Below, piece by piece: positions 9,732 to 19,070 of a DNA stretch of 33,493 nucleotides (within the stretch, counting starts at the first letter, position 1; each line of letters begins with the position of its first letter). A model generated the notes under the pieces. The model saw nothing but the letters and a program-made list of their open reading frames with translations. It was not told where the DNA came from and ran no database searches. A program made the position numbers and the translations under genes. Source of the DNA: an uncultured Paracoccus sp. (GTDB lineage: Bacteria > Pseudomonadota > Alphaproteobacteria > Rhodobacterales > Rhodobacteraceae); contig CALLYR010000606.1 in assembly GCA_937859005.1 (NCBI GenBank), forward strand, positions 1 through 33,493, written 5' to 3'.

Positions 9732-10133
9732 ATGTCCGATGACCCGTCAATCGGCATCGACGCAGAGACCGGGGCCACCCTGACCGGCTGGGACCATGTC
9801 CTGCAATCCCTGCGCGACGTGTTTCTGACCCGGTTCGGGTCGCGGCTGATCCGAGAGTGGTATGGCTCCTTCGTCCCCGACGCGCTGGGCCGCAACATCA
9901 ACCGTTCGGAGATGCTGCCCGTGATCGCGTCCATCACGTCGGCGGTCGAGCAGTGGGAGCCGCGTTTCCTGCTGGAAAGTGTCTCGCTGGACGGCAGCGC
10001 GGCCCGTGAGGGCCGACTGCAGGTGACGCTGCACGGGCGCTATCGGCCGCGCGCGCTGCTTGGCGACATGACCGAGGCCGGACCCAAGACCATGATCGTC
10101 GCGATGGCCGGCGACACAGTAACCGCGAGGTGA
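9732..10133 (+). CDS. Baseplate wedge protein, gpW/gp25 family
   Basis: HVLQSLRDVFLTRFGSRLIREWYGS, AVEQWEPRF. Confidence 0.92.
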   Translation: MSDDPSIGIDAETGATLTGWDHVLQSLRDVFLTRFGSRLIREWYGSFVPDALGRNINRSEMLPVIASITSAVEQWEPRFLLESVSLDGSAAREGRLQVTLHGRYRPRALLGDMTEAGPKTMIVAMAGDTVTAR

Positions 10134-10137
10134 CGGC

Positions 10138-11031
10138 ATGTCCTATACGCAGGTGGACCTGGGCGGCCTTCCCGCGCCCGACATCCTCGAGCCCCTGAGC
10201 ATCGAAACCATCCTGCAGCAGCTCAAGGACAGTGTGACCGCGATCCATCCGGGCATGGCCCCGGTCCTGCAGATTGAGGGCGAGCCGGCCGTGAAGGTGC
10301 TGGAGGTCTGTGCGGTCTTCATCTTCCTGACCCGCGCCCGCGTGAACGATGCGGCGCGCGGCCTGATGCTGACCTTCGCGCGCGGAACCGATCTGGACCA
10401 CTTGGGCGCGCTGTTCGGCGTGGAGCGGTTTTCCCGGAACGCGACCGAAGATGATCCGGGCTATGTCGAGAGCGACGACGATTTCCGGTTCCGTATCCAG
10501 ATTTCCCTTGAGGGCTTTTCGACGGCTGGCCCGCGCGGGGCCTATGAGTTCCACGCCCGCAGCGCGCATCCCGACGTGAAGGACGTGATGGTGGCGGGCC
10601 CCGGCACGGACGGGCTGTCGGTCGCACCGGGCGATGTCGAGGTCTATGTGCTATCCCATCAGGGCAACGGCACCGCGGCGCAGGAAGTTCTCGACGAGGT
10701 GGCGCGGGCTGTCAACGACGAGCGGGTGCGCCCGCTGACGGACCGGGTGCTGGTCTATCCGGCGGCGATCCGGACCTATCAGGTGCGCGCGACCATTGAG
10801 GTTGTCGATGGCACCGATCTCTCGGTTGTGGAAGCGGCCGCCCGCGCGGCACTGGACGACTATCTTGCGGCGGCTCATTACATCGGGGCTACGGTGGCGC
10901 GCTCGGGCATCATGGCCGCGCTGCATCAGCCCGGTGCAATGAGGGTGACGCTGTCCTCGCCTGCCAGCGACGTGGTTCCGAACCCCAATGCCGCGCCTTT
11001 CGCGACAGGCATTCAGCTGACGGTGGTGTGA
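10138..11031 (+). CDS. Baseplate assembly protein J
   Basis: LPAPDILE, FARGTDLDHLGA, ESDDDFRFRI, STAGPRGAYEFHARSA, VRPLTDRV. Confidence 0.95.
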   Translation: MSYTQVDLGGLPAPDILEPLSIETILQQLKDSVTAIHPGMAPVLQIEGEPAVKVLEVCAVFIFLTRARVNDAARGLMLTFARGTDLDHLGALFGVERFSRNATEDDPGYVESDDDFRFRIQISLEGFSTAGPRGAYEFHARSAHPDVKDVMVAGPGTDGLSVAPGDVEVYVLSHQGNGTAAQEVLDEVARAVNDERVRPLTDRVLVYPAAIRTYQVRATIEVVDGTDLSVVEAAARAALDDYLAAAHYIGATVARSGIMAALHQPGAMRVTLSSPASDVVPNPNAAPFATGIQLTVV

Positions 11032-11032
11032 C

Positions 11033-11605
11033 GTGCCCGAGGTCGAGTTCGACGTGCTGCCGCCCCACAGCGGGCGGGCCGAGCGGGCCTTGGCGCGGGC
11101 CGTGGCCGAGCAGGCGTTCCTGCCGGTCGAGATCACCCGGATCTGGTCGCCCGACCGAGTGCCCGAGGCGTTCCTGCCGTTCCTGGCATGGGCGCTGTCG
11201 GTAGATCACTGGGACGGCCTCTGGTCGGTCGAGCGCAAGCGCGAGGTCGTGGCCGCCTCGGTCGAGGTCCACCGGCACAAAGGCACCCCCTATGCCATCA
11301 AGCTGGCGCTGCGCGCGGCCGGGCTCGGGGATGCCACGCTGATCGAACGCGGCGAGGCGCAGACCTATGACGGCAGCGCGATGCATGATGGCGCGATCAC
11401 CTGTGACCAGGACGGCCACTGGGCCGATTACCGGGTCATCATGGCGCAGCCCATTGCCAACCGTCAGGCGGCGCTGCTGCGCCGATTGCTGAACAGCGTG
11501 GCGCCCGCCAGATGCCGTCTGGTTTCGCTCGATTTCCGGGCAGTCGCCCATTCCTATGACGGCGCCACGCGATACGACGGCGCCTATGATCACGGAGAGG
11601 CCTGA
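11033..11605 (+). CDS. Tail protein I (P2 gpI-like)
   Basis: FLPFLAWALSVDHWD, HRHKGTPYAIK, xDG repeats, APARCRL; GTG start. Confidence 0.92.
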   Translation: MPEVEFDVLPPHSGRAERALARAVAEQAFLPVEITRIWSPDRVPEAFLPFLAWALSVDHWDGLWSVERKREVVAASVEVHRHKGTPYAIKLALRAAGLGDATLIERGEAQTYDGSAMHDGAITCDQDGHWADYRVIMAQPIANRQAALLRRLLNSVAPARCRLVSLDFRAVAHSYDGATRYDGAYDHGEA

Positions 11606-12603
11606 TGCCCTATATTCCCGAGGTGCCCGTCTGGCGACCGGGCGTCTACCAGATCGAGACGACGGACCCGGTGCTGGGCGGTGCGCCCAACCGCACGACC
11701 AAGGCTGGTCTGGCGAACATCCCGGCGCAGGACCTGGCGGATCGAACCCTCTATCTGAAGGAAGAGATGGAGGCGTTGGTGAAGACCGCGCCGGTTCTGG
11801 TGACGGTGGGCGTGACCGGCGATTTCCCGACGATCAACGCGGCGCTGATGGAACTGTCACGGGCGTTCTCGGCCTATGTGCCGGGCGGTTTCACGACGAC
11901 GATCCAGCTTCTGCCGGGCTTCGTCATGGAGGAGCAGGTGCTGGTGTCGGGGGTCAACCTGTCGTGGATCGACATCGTGTCGGTGTCCGCCGAGGTCGTG
12001 ATTGCCCGAGATGCGCTGACCGCGACGTTGGGCGGAGACAGCACCCGCTTCCCGGCTTTTGGCGGGGATGCTGGGGCGTATCTGCCGCGCATCCGCACCT
12101 TGTTCCGCATGAACGCAACAGGCCTTGCCAGCGGGCGAGACGGTGTTCGTCTGAACAATGCCTCAGGATGCTTCGTGGCATCTGGGAAAGGTGTCCAAGA
12201 TGCTGGTGCCTGCGGTCTGCGGGCGGTTGGCGGGTCGAGCGCGTTGATTACCGGTGCGATCTTCAGTGGTGCAGATGAAGACGGCATTCTCGCCAACTAT
12301 GGCGGTCGAATCGCGGCGAATGGTGTGAATGTGTCGGGTGCGACCCTGGCCGGCATCCGGGCAGGCGCTGCATCGCAGGTCGATGCCACCAGCGTTAATG
12401 CTGCTGGCTGTGGCGAGGGGGGCCTGGTGGCCCTATCCGGTTCCCTGATCAGTTTCCTGAACGGGAACGCCCGCCGGGGCGCCTCCGACAGCCCGCAGGA
12501 CATCCAGATCTATCAGGGCAGCACCATCGCAGCCGCGGGCGCGACCGGGGGAACAAACGCCACGGTCAATACCGTGTCCGCCGCCGGCATCATTTATCGC
12601 TGA
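11605..12603 (+). CDS. Short tail fibre/spike protein (gpH position), 332 aa
   Basis: N-terminal anchor W.PGVYQIETTDPVLGG...ANIPAQDLADRTLYLK, then VTVGVTGDFPTINAAL and Gly/Ala beta-helix-like repeats. Confidence 0.8.
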   Translation: MPYIPEVPVWRPGVYQIETTDPVLGGAPNRTTKAGLANIPAQDLADRTLYLKEEMEALVKTAPVLVTVGVTGDFPTINAALMELSRAFSAYVPGGFTTTIQLLPGFVMEEQVLVSGVNLSWIDIVSVSAEVVIARDALTATLGGDSTRFPAFGGDAGAYLPRIRTLFRMNATGLASGRDGVRLNNASGCFVASGKGVQDAGACGLRAVGGSSALITGAIFSGADEDGILANYGGRIAANGVNVSGATLAGIRAGAASQVDATSVNAAGCGEGGLVALSGSLISFLNGNARRGASDSPQDIQIYQGSTIAAAGATGGTNATVNTVSAAGIIYR

Positions 12604-12686
12604 CCTTCGGCCCCAGCGCGGGTCGACGCCGAACGCGGGCGCGCCATGCGCCCCGCGACCACACTTCTGCATGATGGAGAACAACC

Positions 12687-13919
12687 ATGCCCGTTACGTT
12701 CGGCCTGTCGATCTCGCGTGTCGACAACGAACCGCGTCCCGCGATCTGGGGCGACATGTCCGTGATCGGCCTGATCGGCGTGGCGCCCGACGCCGATGCC
12801 GTGGCTTTCCCGATCGACACGCCCGTCCTGATCCGCTCTGCCGATCCCGTGGCGCTGACCAATCTGGGCGAGGCCGGGACGCTGCGCGATGCGCTGACGC
12901 TGATCAACGCCCAACTGGGCGATCTGCAATCGTCCGCCTTGGTCGTGGTCGTGCGCGTTACCGCAGGGGCCGATGCCGCCGCCACAATGGTCAACATCGT
13001 CGGCGACGGCATCTCGACCGGCGTGTCGGCCTTCTTGGAGGCGCCTGAACTGCTGGGCTATGCCCCGCGGCTGCTGGCCGCGCCGGGCTTCACCGGCACC
13101 ATCCCGAGTGGCGGGCAGGGCAACCCCGTAGTGGCGGCCTTGGCCGGCATTGCGCCGCGCCTGCTGGCCCATGCCGTGGTCGACGGCCCCAACACTACCG
13201 ACGACGCCGCGCAGACCTGGCGCGAGAGTATCAGCAGCGAGCGGATCATTCCGGTCGAGGGGGGCGCACGGATCATGGATGCCACCGGCACGGTGGTCGT
13301 GGTGCCGGCCTCGCCCGCGGTGCTGGGCATCGCGGTTCGGCGCGACTTCGAGTTCGGCGGGCGCCCGTTCCACAGCTGGGCCAACCAGGCGGTGCAGGGC
13401 ATCGTCGGTCCGGCTCGGCCGATCCCGTTCTCGCTGACCGACCCGGCCAGCGAGGCGCAGGCGCTGCTGGCCGGGAATATCGGGGTCATCGTGCGCGGCG
13501 AGATGGGCGTGGACGGGGGCATCGCGGACGGCGGCTTTGTCTATGTCGGGACCGACAATGCCGGGGCGGATGACCTGTGGCGCTTCTACAGCGTCACGCG
13601 CGGACGGGATTACATCCACCTGATGTGCCTCAAGACGCTGCGCCAGTATCTGGGCCGGTTCAACATCACCGGTCAGACGATCCAGGCGGTGCTGAACACG
13701 CTGAACGGCGCGCTGCGCGATCTGAAGGCCACGGGTGACATCCTCGGCTACCGGGTGGCGTTCGAGCCCGACCTGAACAGCCCCGAGGATCTGCGCACCG
13801 GCAAGATCACCGTATCGTTCGCGGCCGAGGAAGCGCCGGTCCTGCGCCGCATCGACGTGCAATCGTCCCGCTATCGTCCTGCGCTTGAGGCGCTGGTGGC
13901 CGATCTGGCGGCGGCCTGA
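12687..13919 (+). CDS. Contractile tail sheath protein
   Basis: SVIGLIGVAPDAD, PRLLAAPGFT, PFHSWANQ, NSPEDLRTGKITV. Confidence 0.95.
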   Translation: MPVTFGLSISRVDNEPRPAIWGDMSVIGLIGVAPDADAVAFPIDTPVLIRSADPVALTNLGEAGTLRDALTLINAQLGDLQSSALVVVVRVTAGADAAATMVNIVGDGISTGVSAFLEAPELLGYAPRLLAAPGFTGTIPSGGQGNPVVAALAGIAPRLLAHAVVDGPNTTDDAAQTWRESISSERIIPVEGGARIMDATGTVVVVPASPAVLGIAVRRDFEFGGRPFHSWANQAVQGIVGPARPIPFSLTDPASEAQALLAGNIGVIVRGEMGVDGGIADGGFVYVGTDNAGADDLWRFYSVTRGRDYIHLMCLKTLRQYLGRFNITGQTIQAVLNTLNGALRDLKATGDILGYRVAFEPDLNSPEDLRTGKITVSFAAEEAPVLRRIDVQSSRYRPALEALVADLAAA

Positions 13920-13927
13920 TCCATTGC

Positions 13928-13950
13928 GCCCCCGGCATCCGGCCGGGGGC
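13928..13950. other. Intergenic hairpin between sheath and tube
   Basis: GCCCCCGG / CCGGGGGC 8-bp stem. Confidence 0.35.
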
Positions 13951-13982
13951 TGTCCGACACATCTCACAGAGAGGGATAGGCC

Positions 13983-14522
13983 ATGCCAGCCAATTTCTTC
14001 GTGATGGAAGCCGCCAACCTGTTCTGCGGCGATCACGACCCCACGAACTCCAAGCACCTGACGCTGACCGAGCTGCAACTGCCCACGCTGCAGGAGATGT
14101 ATCAAGACCACCATCCTGGCGGCTCGCTGGTCGCAACCGAAGTCGCGGTGGGCGTCGAGAAGCTGGAGCCGACCTTCAAACTGGCCGGCTGGGACCCGAC
14201 CATGCTCGATCTGTTCGGGCTGGGCCGAAAGGGCCAGAAGACCTTCACCGCCTATGGCGTGATCCGCAACAAGCGGACCGGCGAGGCGATCGAGGCCAAG
14301 GCCATCATCGAAGGCCGCCTGGGCCGGATCGAGGCCGAGACCTTCCAACGCGGCGAGTTGCAGTCGCACGACTATTCGATCAACGGCGTCACCCATTACG
14401 AACTGTGGTGGGCGGGGCGCGAGAAGTTCTACTGGGACTTCTTCACGGCCGAGTTCCGCATCGACGGGCAGGCGCAGAATGCTGACGAGTTGCGCATCCT
14501 GCGCATCGGCAGCGCGGTCTAA
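13983..14522 (+). CDS. Tail tube protein (P2 FII-like)
   Basis: 179 aa after sheath; LQLPTL, GVEKLEPTFKL, VTHYELWW, FRIDG. Confidence 0.9.
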   Translation: MPANFFVMEAANLFCGDHDPTNSKHLTLTELQLPTLQEMYQDHHPGGSLVATEVAVGVEKLEPTFKLAGWDPTMLDLFGLGRKGQKTFTAYGVIRNKRTGEAIEAKAIIEGRLGRIEAETFQRGELQSHDYSINGVTHYELWWAGREKFYWDFFTAEFRIDGQAQNADELRILRIGSAV

Positions 14523-14533
14523 GGGGCTGACGC

Positions 14534-14821
14534 ATGGCAAGCGAAACCAAGACCATCATGCTTGAGCACCCGATCACGGTGGACGGCGACAGCCCGCGCG
14601 TGATCGATCGCGTCAACCTGACGCGCGCCAAGGGCAAGCACCTGCGGGCCATGGCTGCTGCAGCCGTCCAGAACGAGGTGGAACAGGCGCTGGTGATGAT
14701 CTCCAGCCTGACCGGCCTGTCCCCGGCCGAGGTGGACGAACTGGACGCGGTGGACATCACGACCATTGCGGAGGCGGCGGAGGATTTTTTGCCGCAGAGG
14801 GCTATCGCCCCGGTCACCTGA
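14534..14821 (+). CDS. Tail assembly chaperone (P2 gpE-like)
   Basis: LEHPITVDG, ISSLTGLSPAEVDELDAVD, ends ...EDFLP; between tube and tape measure. Confidence 0.9.
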   Translation: MASETKTIMLEHPITVDGDSPRVIDRVNLTRAKGKHLRAMAAAAVQNEVEQALVMISSLTGLSPAEVDELDAVDITTIAEAAEDFLPQRAIAPVT

Positions 14822-14958
14822 AGGACTGGCGCGGGATCGTCGCGGACGTGGCAGCGATCCTGTCCACGCCCTTGCCGGTGGTCGAGGACATGCCGTGGTC
14901 CGAAACCCTCGCCTATCACGAGCACGCGCTTCGGCTGCATAAGGCCCTGCGCGGCTGA
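14788..14958 (+). CDS. -1 frameshift extension of the chaperone (E+E'-like); not in the ORF track
   Basis: TTTTTTG at 14785-14791; -1 frame reads FAAEGYRPGHLKDWRGIVADVAAILSTPLPVVEDMPWSETLAYHEHALRLHKALRG*. Confidence 0.85.
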   Translation, partial: FAAEGYRPGHLKDWRGIVADVAAILSTPLPVVEDMPWSETLAYHEHALRLHKALRG

Positions 14959-14972
14959 CCAAGGAAGCCGAT

Positions 14973-17366
14973 ATGGCGCGTACGCAAACGTCCCAGCTGA
15001 TCGTGGAAATGCTGGACCGCGTCAGCGGTCCGGCGAAGGCCGTTGCCCGATCGATGCAGGGCATGAACGAGAGGATTGCCCGCGCCTCGGCCGCCGTGCC
15101 GCGCGTGGGCGATCGGATCACGGCGTCGCTGGAACGCAGCACGGCGGGGCTGTCCGCTGCCCGTGCGGGCGTTCTGGACGCGGTTGGGGCCTATTACAGC
15201 CTGCGGGCCGCCATCGGTGCGCCCATTGCCGCGGCCGCCAACTTCGAGACGATCCTCGAAGACATCGGCCAGAAGGCGGGCATTCCCGTCGAGCGGCTGG
15301 GCGCGCTGGGCGAGCGCATCAAGCAGGTGGCGCGCGAGACGAACCAGGCGAATGCGCAGATCGGATCGGCGGTCGATGCGCTGGCCGGGCGCGGCGCCAG
15401 CGTCGACGTGGCCATGGCGGCAGCGGCGCCCATCGGCAAGGCTGCGACCGCCTATCGGGCCGCGACGGACGATCTGGCGGCAGCGTCGTGGTCGGCCGTC
15501 GATAACCTCAAGATCCCGGCCGACCAGATCGGGCGCGCGCTGGACATGATGGCGACGGCGGGCAAGGCGGGCGCCTTCGAACTGCGCGACATGGCCGCCT
15601 ATTTCCCGGCACTGGGCGCAGCCTATCAGGGCTTGGGCCAGAGCGGCACCGGGGCGGTGGCCGACCTTGCGGCGGCGCTGCAGGTGGTGCGCAAGGGCAC
15701 GGGCGACAGTTCGACGGCCGCGACCAACCTCGCGAACGTCCTGCAGAAGATCTATTCGCCCGCCACTGTGCGCGCCTTCGGCAAGCAGGGCGTGGACGTG
15801 TTCGCCGAGATGGAGGCGGCCGCCAGGCGCGGCCTGACCCCCATCGAAGCCATTGCCGAGTTGACCGACAAGACGCTCAAGGGCGACCTGTCGAAGATGG
15901 GCAACCTGTTCGAGGATGCCCAGGTGCAGGCCGGGATGCGGTCCCTGATCCAGGGGATGGACGAATACCGGCGCATCCGGTCCGAGGCCATGTCGGCCGA
16001 GGGGGTGGTGGACGCGGACTTTGAGCGGCGGATCAAGACTGCGCGTGGCGCAATCGACCGCTGGAACGCCCGGCTGGATGACCTCAACACGACGATTGGC
16101 GCGGCCCTTGTGCCGTCGCTGCACATGCTGCTCGATGCCATAGAGCCGGTGGTTGGCCGGATCGCGGCGTTCGTCGATGCGCATCCGCAGCTGGTCTCGA
16201 ACGTGATGCTGTCGGTGGGCGCGCTGGTCGCTTTCAGGGGCGCGGTTGCGGCGCTGCGTTTCGTCGGGCTGCTGGGCAAGACGGGGGCCCTGTCGCTGCT
16301 GTCGGTGGCCTTCAACAGCATCGGCGGCACGGCGGCGCGAGTGCTGGGCGCGGCGCGGGCGTCCATGGCGCTGAACGCCGCGCTGGCGGGCATGGCAGGA
16401 GTGCGGCCGGGCACGATCAGCCAGACCGGGGCAGCCTTGCGCGGCTTGGCGGGGGTGACAGGCCTGCGGGTCGTGGCGACCGGTGTCAGCGCCGTCATCG
16501 GTGCCATCGGCGCGATCAGCGCGCCGGTCTGGCTGGGCATCGCGGCGGCCGTTGCGGCCGTGGGGGCGGCTTGGAAATACTGGGACCGGATCACCGCCAT
16601 AGTCGGCGGGGTCGCGGACGCCATCGGAACCGCGCTGCGCCCCGTGATCGAACAGGTGGGGGTCTGGCTGGAGCCGGCCGAGCCGATCATTCGGCGGTTC
16701 GGCGAGGCGTGGAAGTTCGTCGATGACAAGATCCGGGCGGTGGCGAACTTCGTCCGCAGCTTGGGCAAGGGACTGTTCACGCGGGAAATCCTGACCGAAG
16801 GCGAGCAGGCGGAACTGCGCCAGCGTGCGGCGCAGATCGTAACCGACATCATCGCGAAGATCGGCGAGTTGCCCGGCAAGCTGCTGGCAGTGGGGCGGGA
16901 CGCGATCCAGAGCCTCTGGACTGGAATGAAGGAGATCGCGAGCGAGGTTCTGTCCTGGGCTGGCAATTGGGCAACCGAGATCGGCAATGCAATCGCCGCG
17001 CCGCTCAGGAAGCTCGAAGCGGCCCGACGCGCCAGGGTCGAGTACATGTGGGGCACAGGCGATGCGCCTGCGGCTGGGGCTGCGCCAGAGATTGACGGTG
17101 CCCGCGCCAAGGGCGGGCCGGTCAGCCGCGGATCGACCTATCTCGTGGGCGAGGAAGGACCCGAGCCCTTCACGGCTTCGCGGTCGGGCTACATCCATCC
17201 CATCGGCATGGGGGCGGCTGCGGCCGGTCCCGTGACCATCTCGCCGACGATCAACATCAGCGGCGTTTCGGACCCGCGAGCCGTGGCCGACCTTGTGATG
17301 CAGCGGCTGAAATCGGAAACCGGCATGGCCATGCGCGCCGCCTATGCCGACATCGGGCTGGGGTGA
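14973..17366 (+). CDS. Tail tape measure protein (797 aa)
   Basis: Ala-rich helical protein; AGKAGAFELRDMA, AATNLANVLQKI core; hydrophobic mid-region; C-terminal ARAKGGPV...YLVGEEGPE. Confidence 0.93.
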   Translation: MARTQTSQLIVEMLDRVSGPAKAVARSMQGMNERIARASAAVPRVGDRITASLERSTAGLSAARAGVLDAVGAYYSLRAAIGAPIAAAANFETILEDIGQKAGIPVERLGALGERIKQVARETNQANAQIGSAVDALAGRGASVDVAMAAAAPIGKAATAYRAATDDLAAASWSAVDNLKIPADQIGRALDMMATAGKAGAFELRDMAAYFPALGAAYQGLGQSGTGAVADLAAALQVVRKGTGDSSTAATNLANVLQKIYSPATVRAFGKQGVDVFAEMEAAARRGLTPIEAIAELTDKTLKGDLSKMGNLFEDAQVQAGMRSLIQGMDEYRRIRSEAMSAEGVVDADFERRIKTARGAIDRWNARLDDLNTTIGAALVPSLHMLLDAIEPVVGRIAAFVDAHPQLVSNVMLSVGALVAFRGAVAALRFVGLLGKTGALSLLSVAFNSIGGTAARVLGAARASMALNAALAGMAGVRPGTISQTGAALRGLAGVTGLRVVATGVSAVIGAIGAISAPVWLGIAAAVAAVGAAWKYWDRITAIVGGVADAIGTALRPVIEQVGVWLEPAEPIIRRFGEAWKFVDDKIRAVANFVRSLGKGLFTREILTEGEQAELRQRAAQIVTDIIAKIGELPGKLLAVGRDAIQSLWTGMKEIASEVLSWAGNWATEIGNAIAAPLRKLEAARRARVEYMWGTGDAPAAGAAPEIDGARAKGGPVSRGSTYLVGEEGPEPFTASRSGYIHPIGMGAAAAGPVTISPTINISGVSDPRAVADLVMQRLKSETGMAMRAAYADIGLG

Positions 17367-17370
17367 TGCG

Positions 17371-17802
17371 ATGCTGATGCTGATCGGGCCGGTGCGCCTT
17401 GAGGTCGCGCCCTTCAATGCCACCGAATACACGCACACGCACGGCGCGTCGCATGTCGAGAAGCCGATCATGGGCGTGCGCCCGCCCTTGGAATGGACGG
17501 GCGACACCAGCGAAAGCTGGCTGCTCCGCGCCAACCTCTTCCCCGAGACCTTCGGGGGCGAGAGCGCGCTCACCGTGCTCGCCTTCATGCGCAAATCCGG
17601 CGTCCCGCAATACATGCTGCGGGGCGACGGGACGCTAATGGGCTGGGTGGTCATCGACAGCGTGACCGAACGGTCTTCCTTCCTCGACGGCAGCGGGGTC
17701 GGGCGGATGATCGAGGTGGACATCGCCATGCGACGCAGCCAGGCGCCCACCCCCGCCGGGTATTTCCAAGCCCTGCGCGGGCTGTTCGGGGATCTGTTCT
17801 GA
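17371..17802 (+). CDS. Tail protein, P2 gpU-like
   Basis: MLMLIGPV, KPIMGVRPPLEWTG, LRGDGTLMGWVVIDSVTE. Confidence 0.85.
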   Translation: MLMLIGPVRLEVAPFNATEYTHTHGASHVEKPIMGVRPPLEWTGDTSESWLLRANLFPETFGGESALTVLAFMRKSGVPQYMLRGDGTLMGWVVIDSVTERSSFLDGSGVGRMIEVDIAMRRSQAPTPAGYFQALRGLFGDLF

Positions 17803-18035
17803 TGGCCGACAACCACATCGAGCGCATCGTGGTGCGCGGCGATTACCTGTCCGTGCCGCTGCTGATCTGGCGGCGGTTCCATCGGCCCATGCCGGGGTTG
17901 GCCGAGCGGGTGTTCGACATGAACCCCGGCCTGGCCGGACACGGGCCCTATCTGCCGATCGGCACGGCGGTGGACATTCCGATCCCGGTCGAGCCTGCCG
18001 CGGCGGAACCGCGGCTGCAGGTGACGCTATGGTGA
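17802..18035 (+). CDS. Tail protein X (LysM-like, 77 aa)
   Basis: ERVFDMNPGLAGHGPYLPIGTAVDIP...VTLW; TGA/ATG overlap. Confidence 0.9.
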   Translation: MADNHIERIVVRGDYLSVPLLIWRRFHRPMPGLAERVFDMNPGLAGHGPYLPIGTAVDIPIPVEPAAAEPRLQVTLW

Positions 18036-18047
18036 GGGGAATGCAGC

Positions 18048-19055
18048 ATGGCGAAGCGCGCCGTTTTCACGGTGACGGTGGACGGCGGGGACGTGACGGC
18101 CAACCTGTCGCCCTACCTGCTCGACCTGACGGTCACGCTGAACGATGGGGACGAGGGCGACACGGCCTCACTGTCCCTGGACGACAGCGGTGGGCAGATC
18201 GCCATGCCACGCGTCGGCAAGCCCATCGCCATTGCGCTTGGATGGTCCGGCGTCGGTCAGCGGGTGGTTTTCACGGGCACTGTGGACGAAACGCGGTCGG
18301 CCGGCGACCGCAGCGGCGGGCGTCTGTTGCGCGTATCGGCCAAGGGGTTCGACGCAGGCGGCAAGGCCAAGGAGGCGCAGCGGCGGCACTGGGACGATGC
18401 GACCGTGCGCCAGATCCTGGCGGATGCTGGAGCCGCGGCGGGCATCACCGATGTGCGGATCGATCCGGGGCTGGCCGGCATCCGCATCGCCTATTGGGCC
18501 ATGTCGGACGAGAGCTTCCTGCACATGGGTCGCAGGCTGGCCCGGCGGATCGGCGGCAACTTCCGGGTGCAGGGCCAGCAGGCGGTCATGGCGCGGCGCA
18601 GCGCCCGTTACGGGCATGTCGTGACCGCACGGCATGGTGAGAACCTGCACGGCTGGGACATTGCCCCGATCCTGTCGCGCCAGATTTACGGCAAGGTGCG
18701 GGCGCGGTTCTACGACCGTGTGGCGGGCAAGTGGGATCAGGTCGAGGTCGAGACAGGCTTGAGCGGCAAGGCCGTCCTGACCCTCTCTCCGCCGGCCGAT
18801 AGCCGCGAGGACGCACAGCGGCAAGCCGAGGCGCAGGCAGAGGCGTCCAAACGCGCAGCGGGCGGGGGCAGCGTGACGGTCGAGGGCGATCCTGACGCGG
18901 TGCCGGACTGCATCTGCGCCTTGGCGGGCGCGCGGCCGGGCATCGACGGGCCGTATCGGGTGACGGGCGTGACCCACAGCCTGTCCAAGGGCGCGGGCTT
19001 CGTGACGACGATGGAGCTGGGGCATCCCGATGCCCGGCAACCTGACAATTCCTGA
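18048..19055 (+). CDS. Baseplate hub, P2 gpD (late control D) family
   Basis: DTASLSLDD, LGW...VFTGTVDE, ESFLHMGRRLA, IDGPYRVTGVTHSLSKGAGFVT. Confidence 0.9.
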   Translation: MAKRAVFTVTVDGGDVTANLSPYLLDLTVTLNDGDEGDTASLSLDDSGGQIAMPRVGKPIAIALGWSGVGQRVVFTGTVDETRSAGDRSGGRLLRVSAKGFDAGGKAKEAQRRHWDDATVRQILADAGAAAGITDVRIDPGLAGIRIAYWAMSDESFLHMGRRLARRIGGNFRVQGQQAVMARRSARYGHVVTARHGENLHGWDIAPILSRQIYGKVRARFYDRVAGKWDQVEVETGLSGKAVLTLSPPADSREDAQRQAEAQAEASKRAAGGGSVTVEGDPDAVPDCICALAGARPGIDGPYRVTGVTHSLSKGAGFVTTMELGHPDARQPDNS

Positions 19056-19070
19056 TATATGGAGGGGCAC

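Noticed and set aside
14916-17942. 1008-aa minus-strand ORF, and similar long antisense ORFs (2681-4357, 4403-6043, 6375-8498, 12594-14540, 18168-20327)
   Set aside because: Shadow frames of GC-rich plus-strand genes with clear phage motifs; no motifs of their own.
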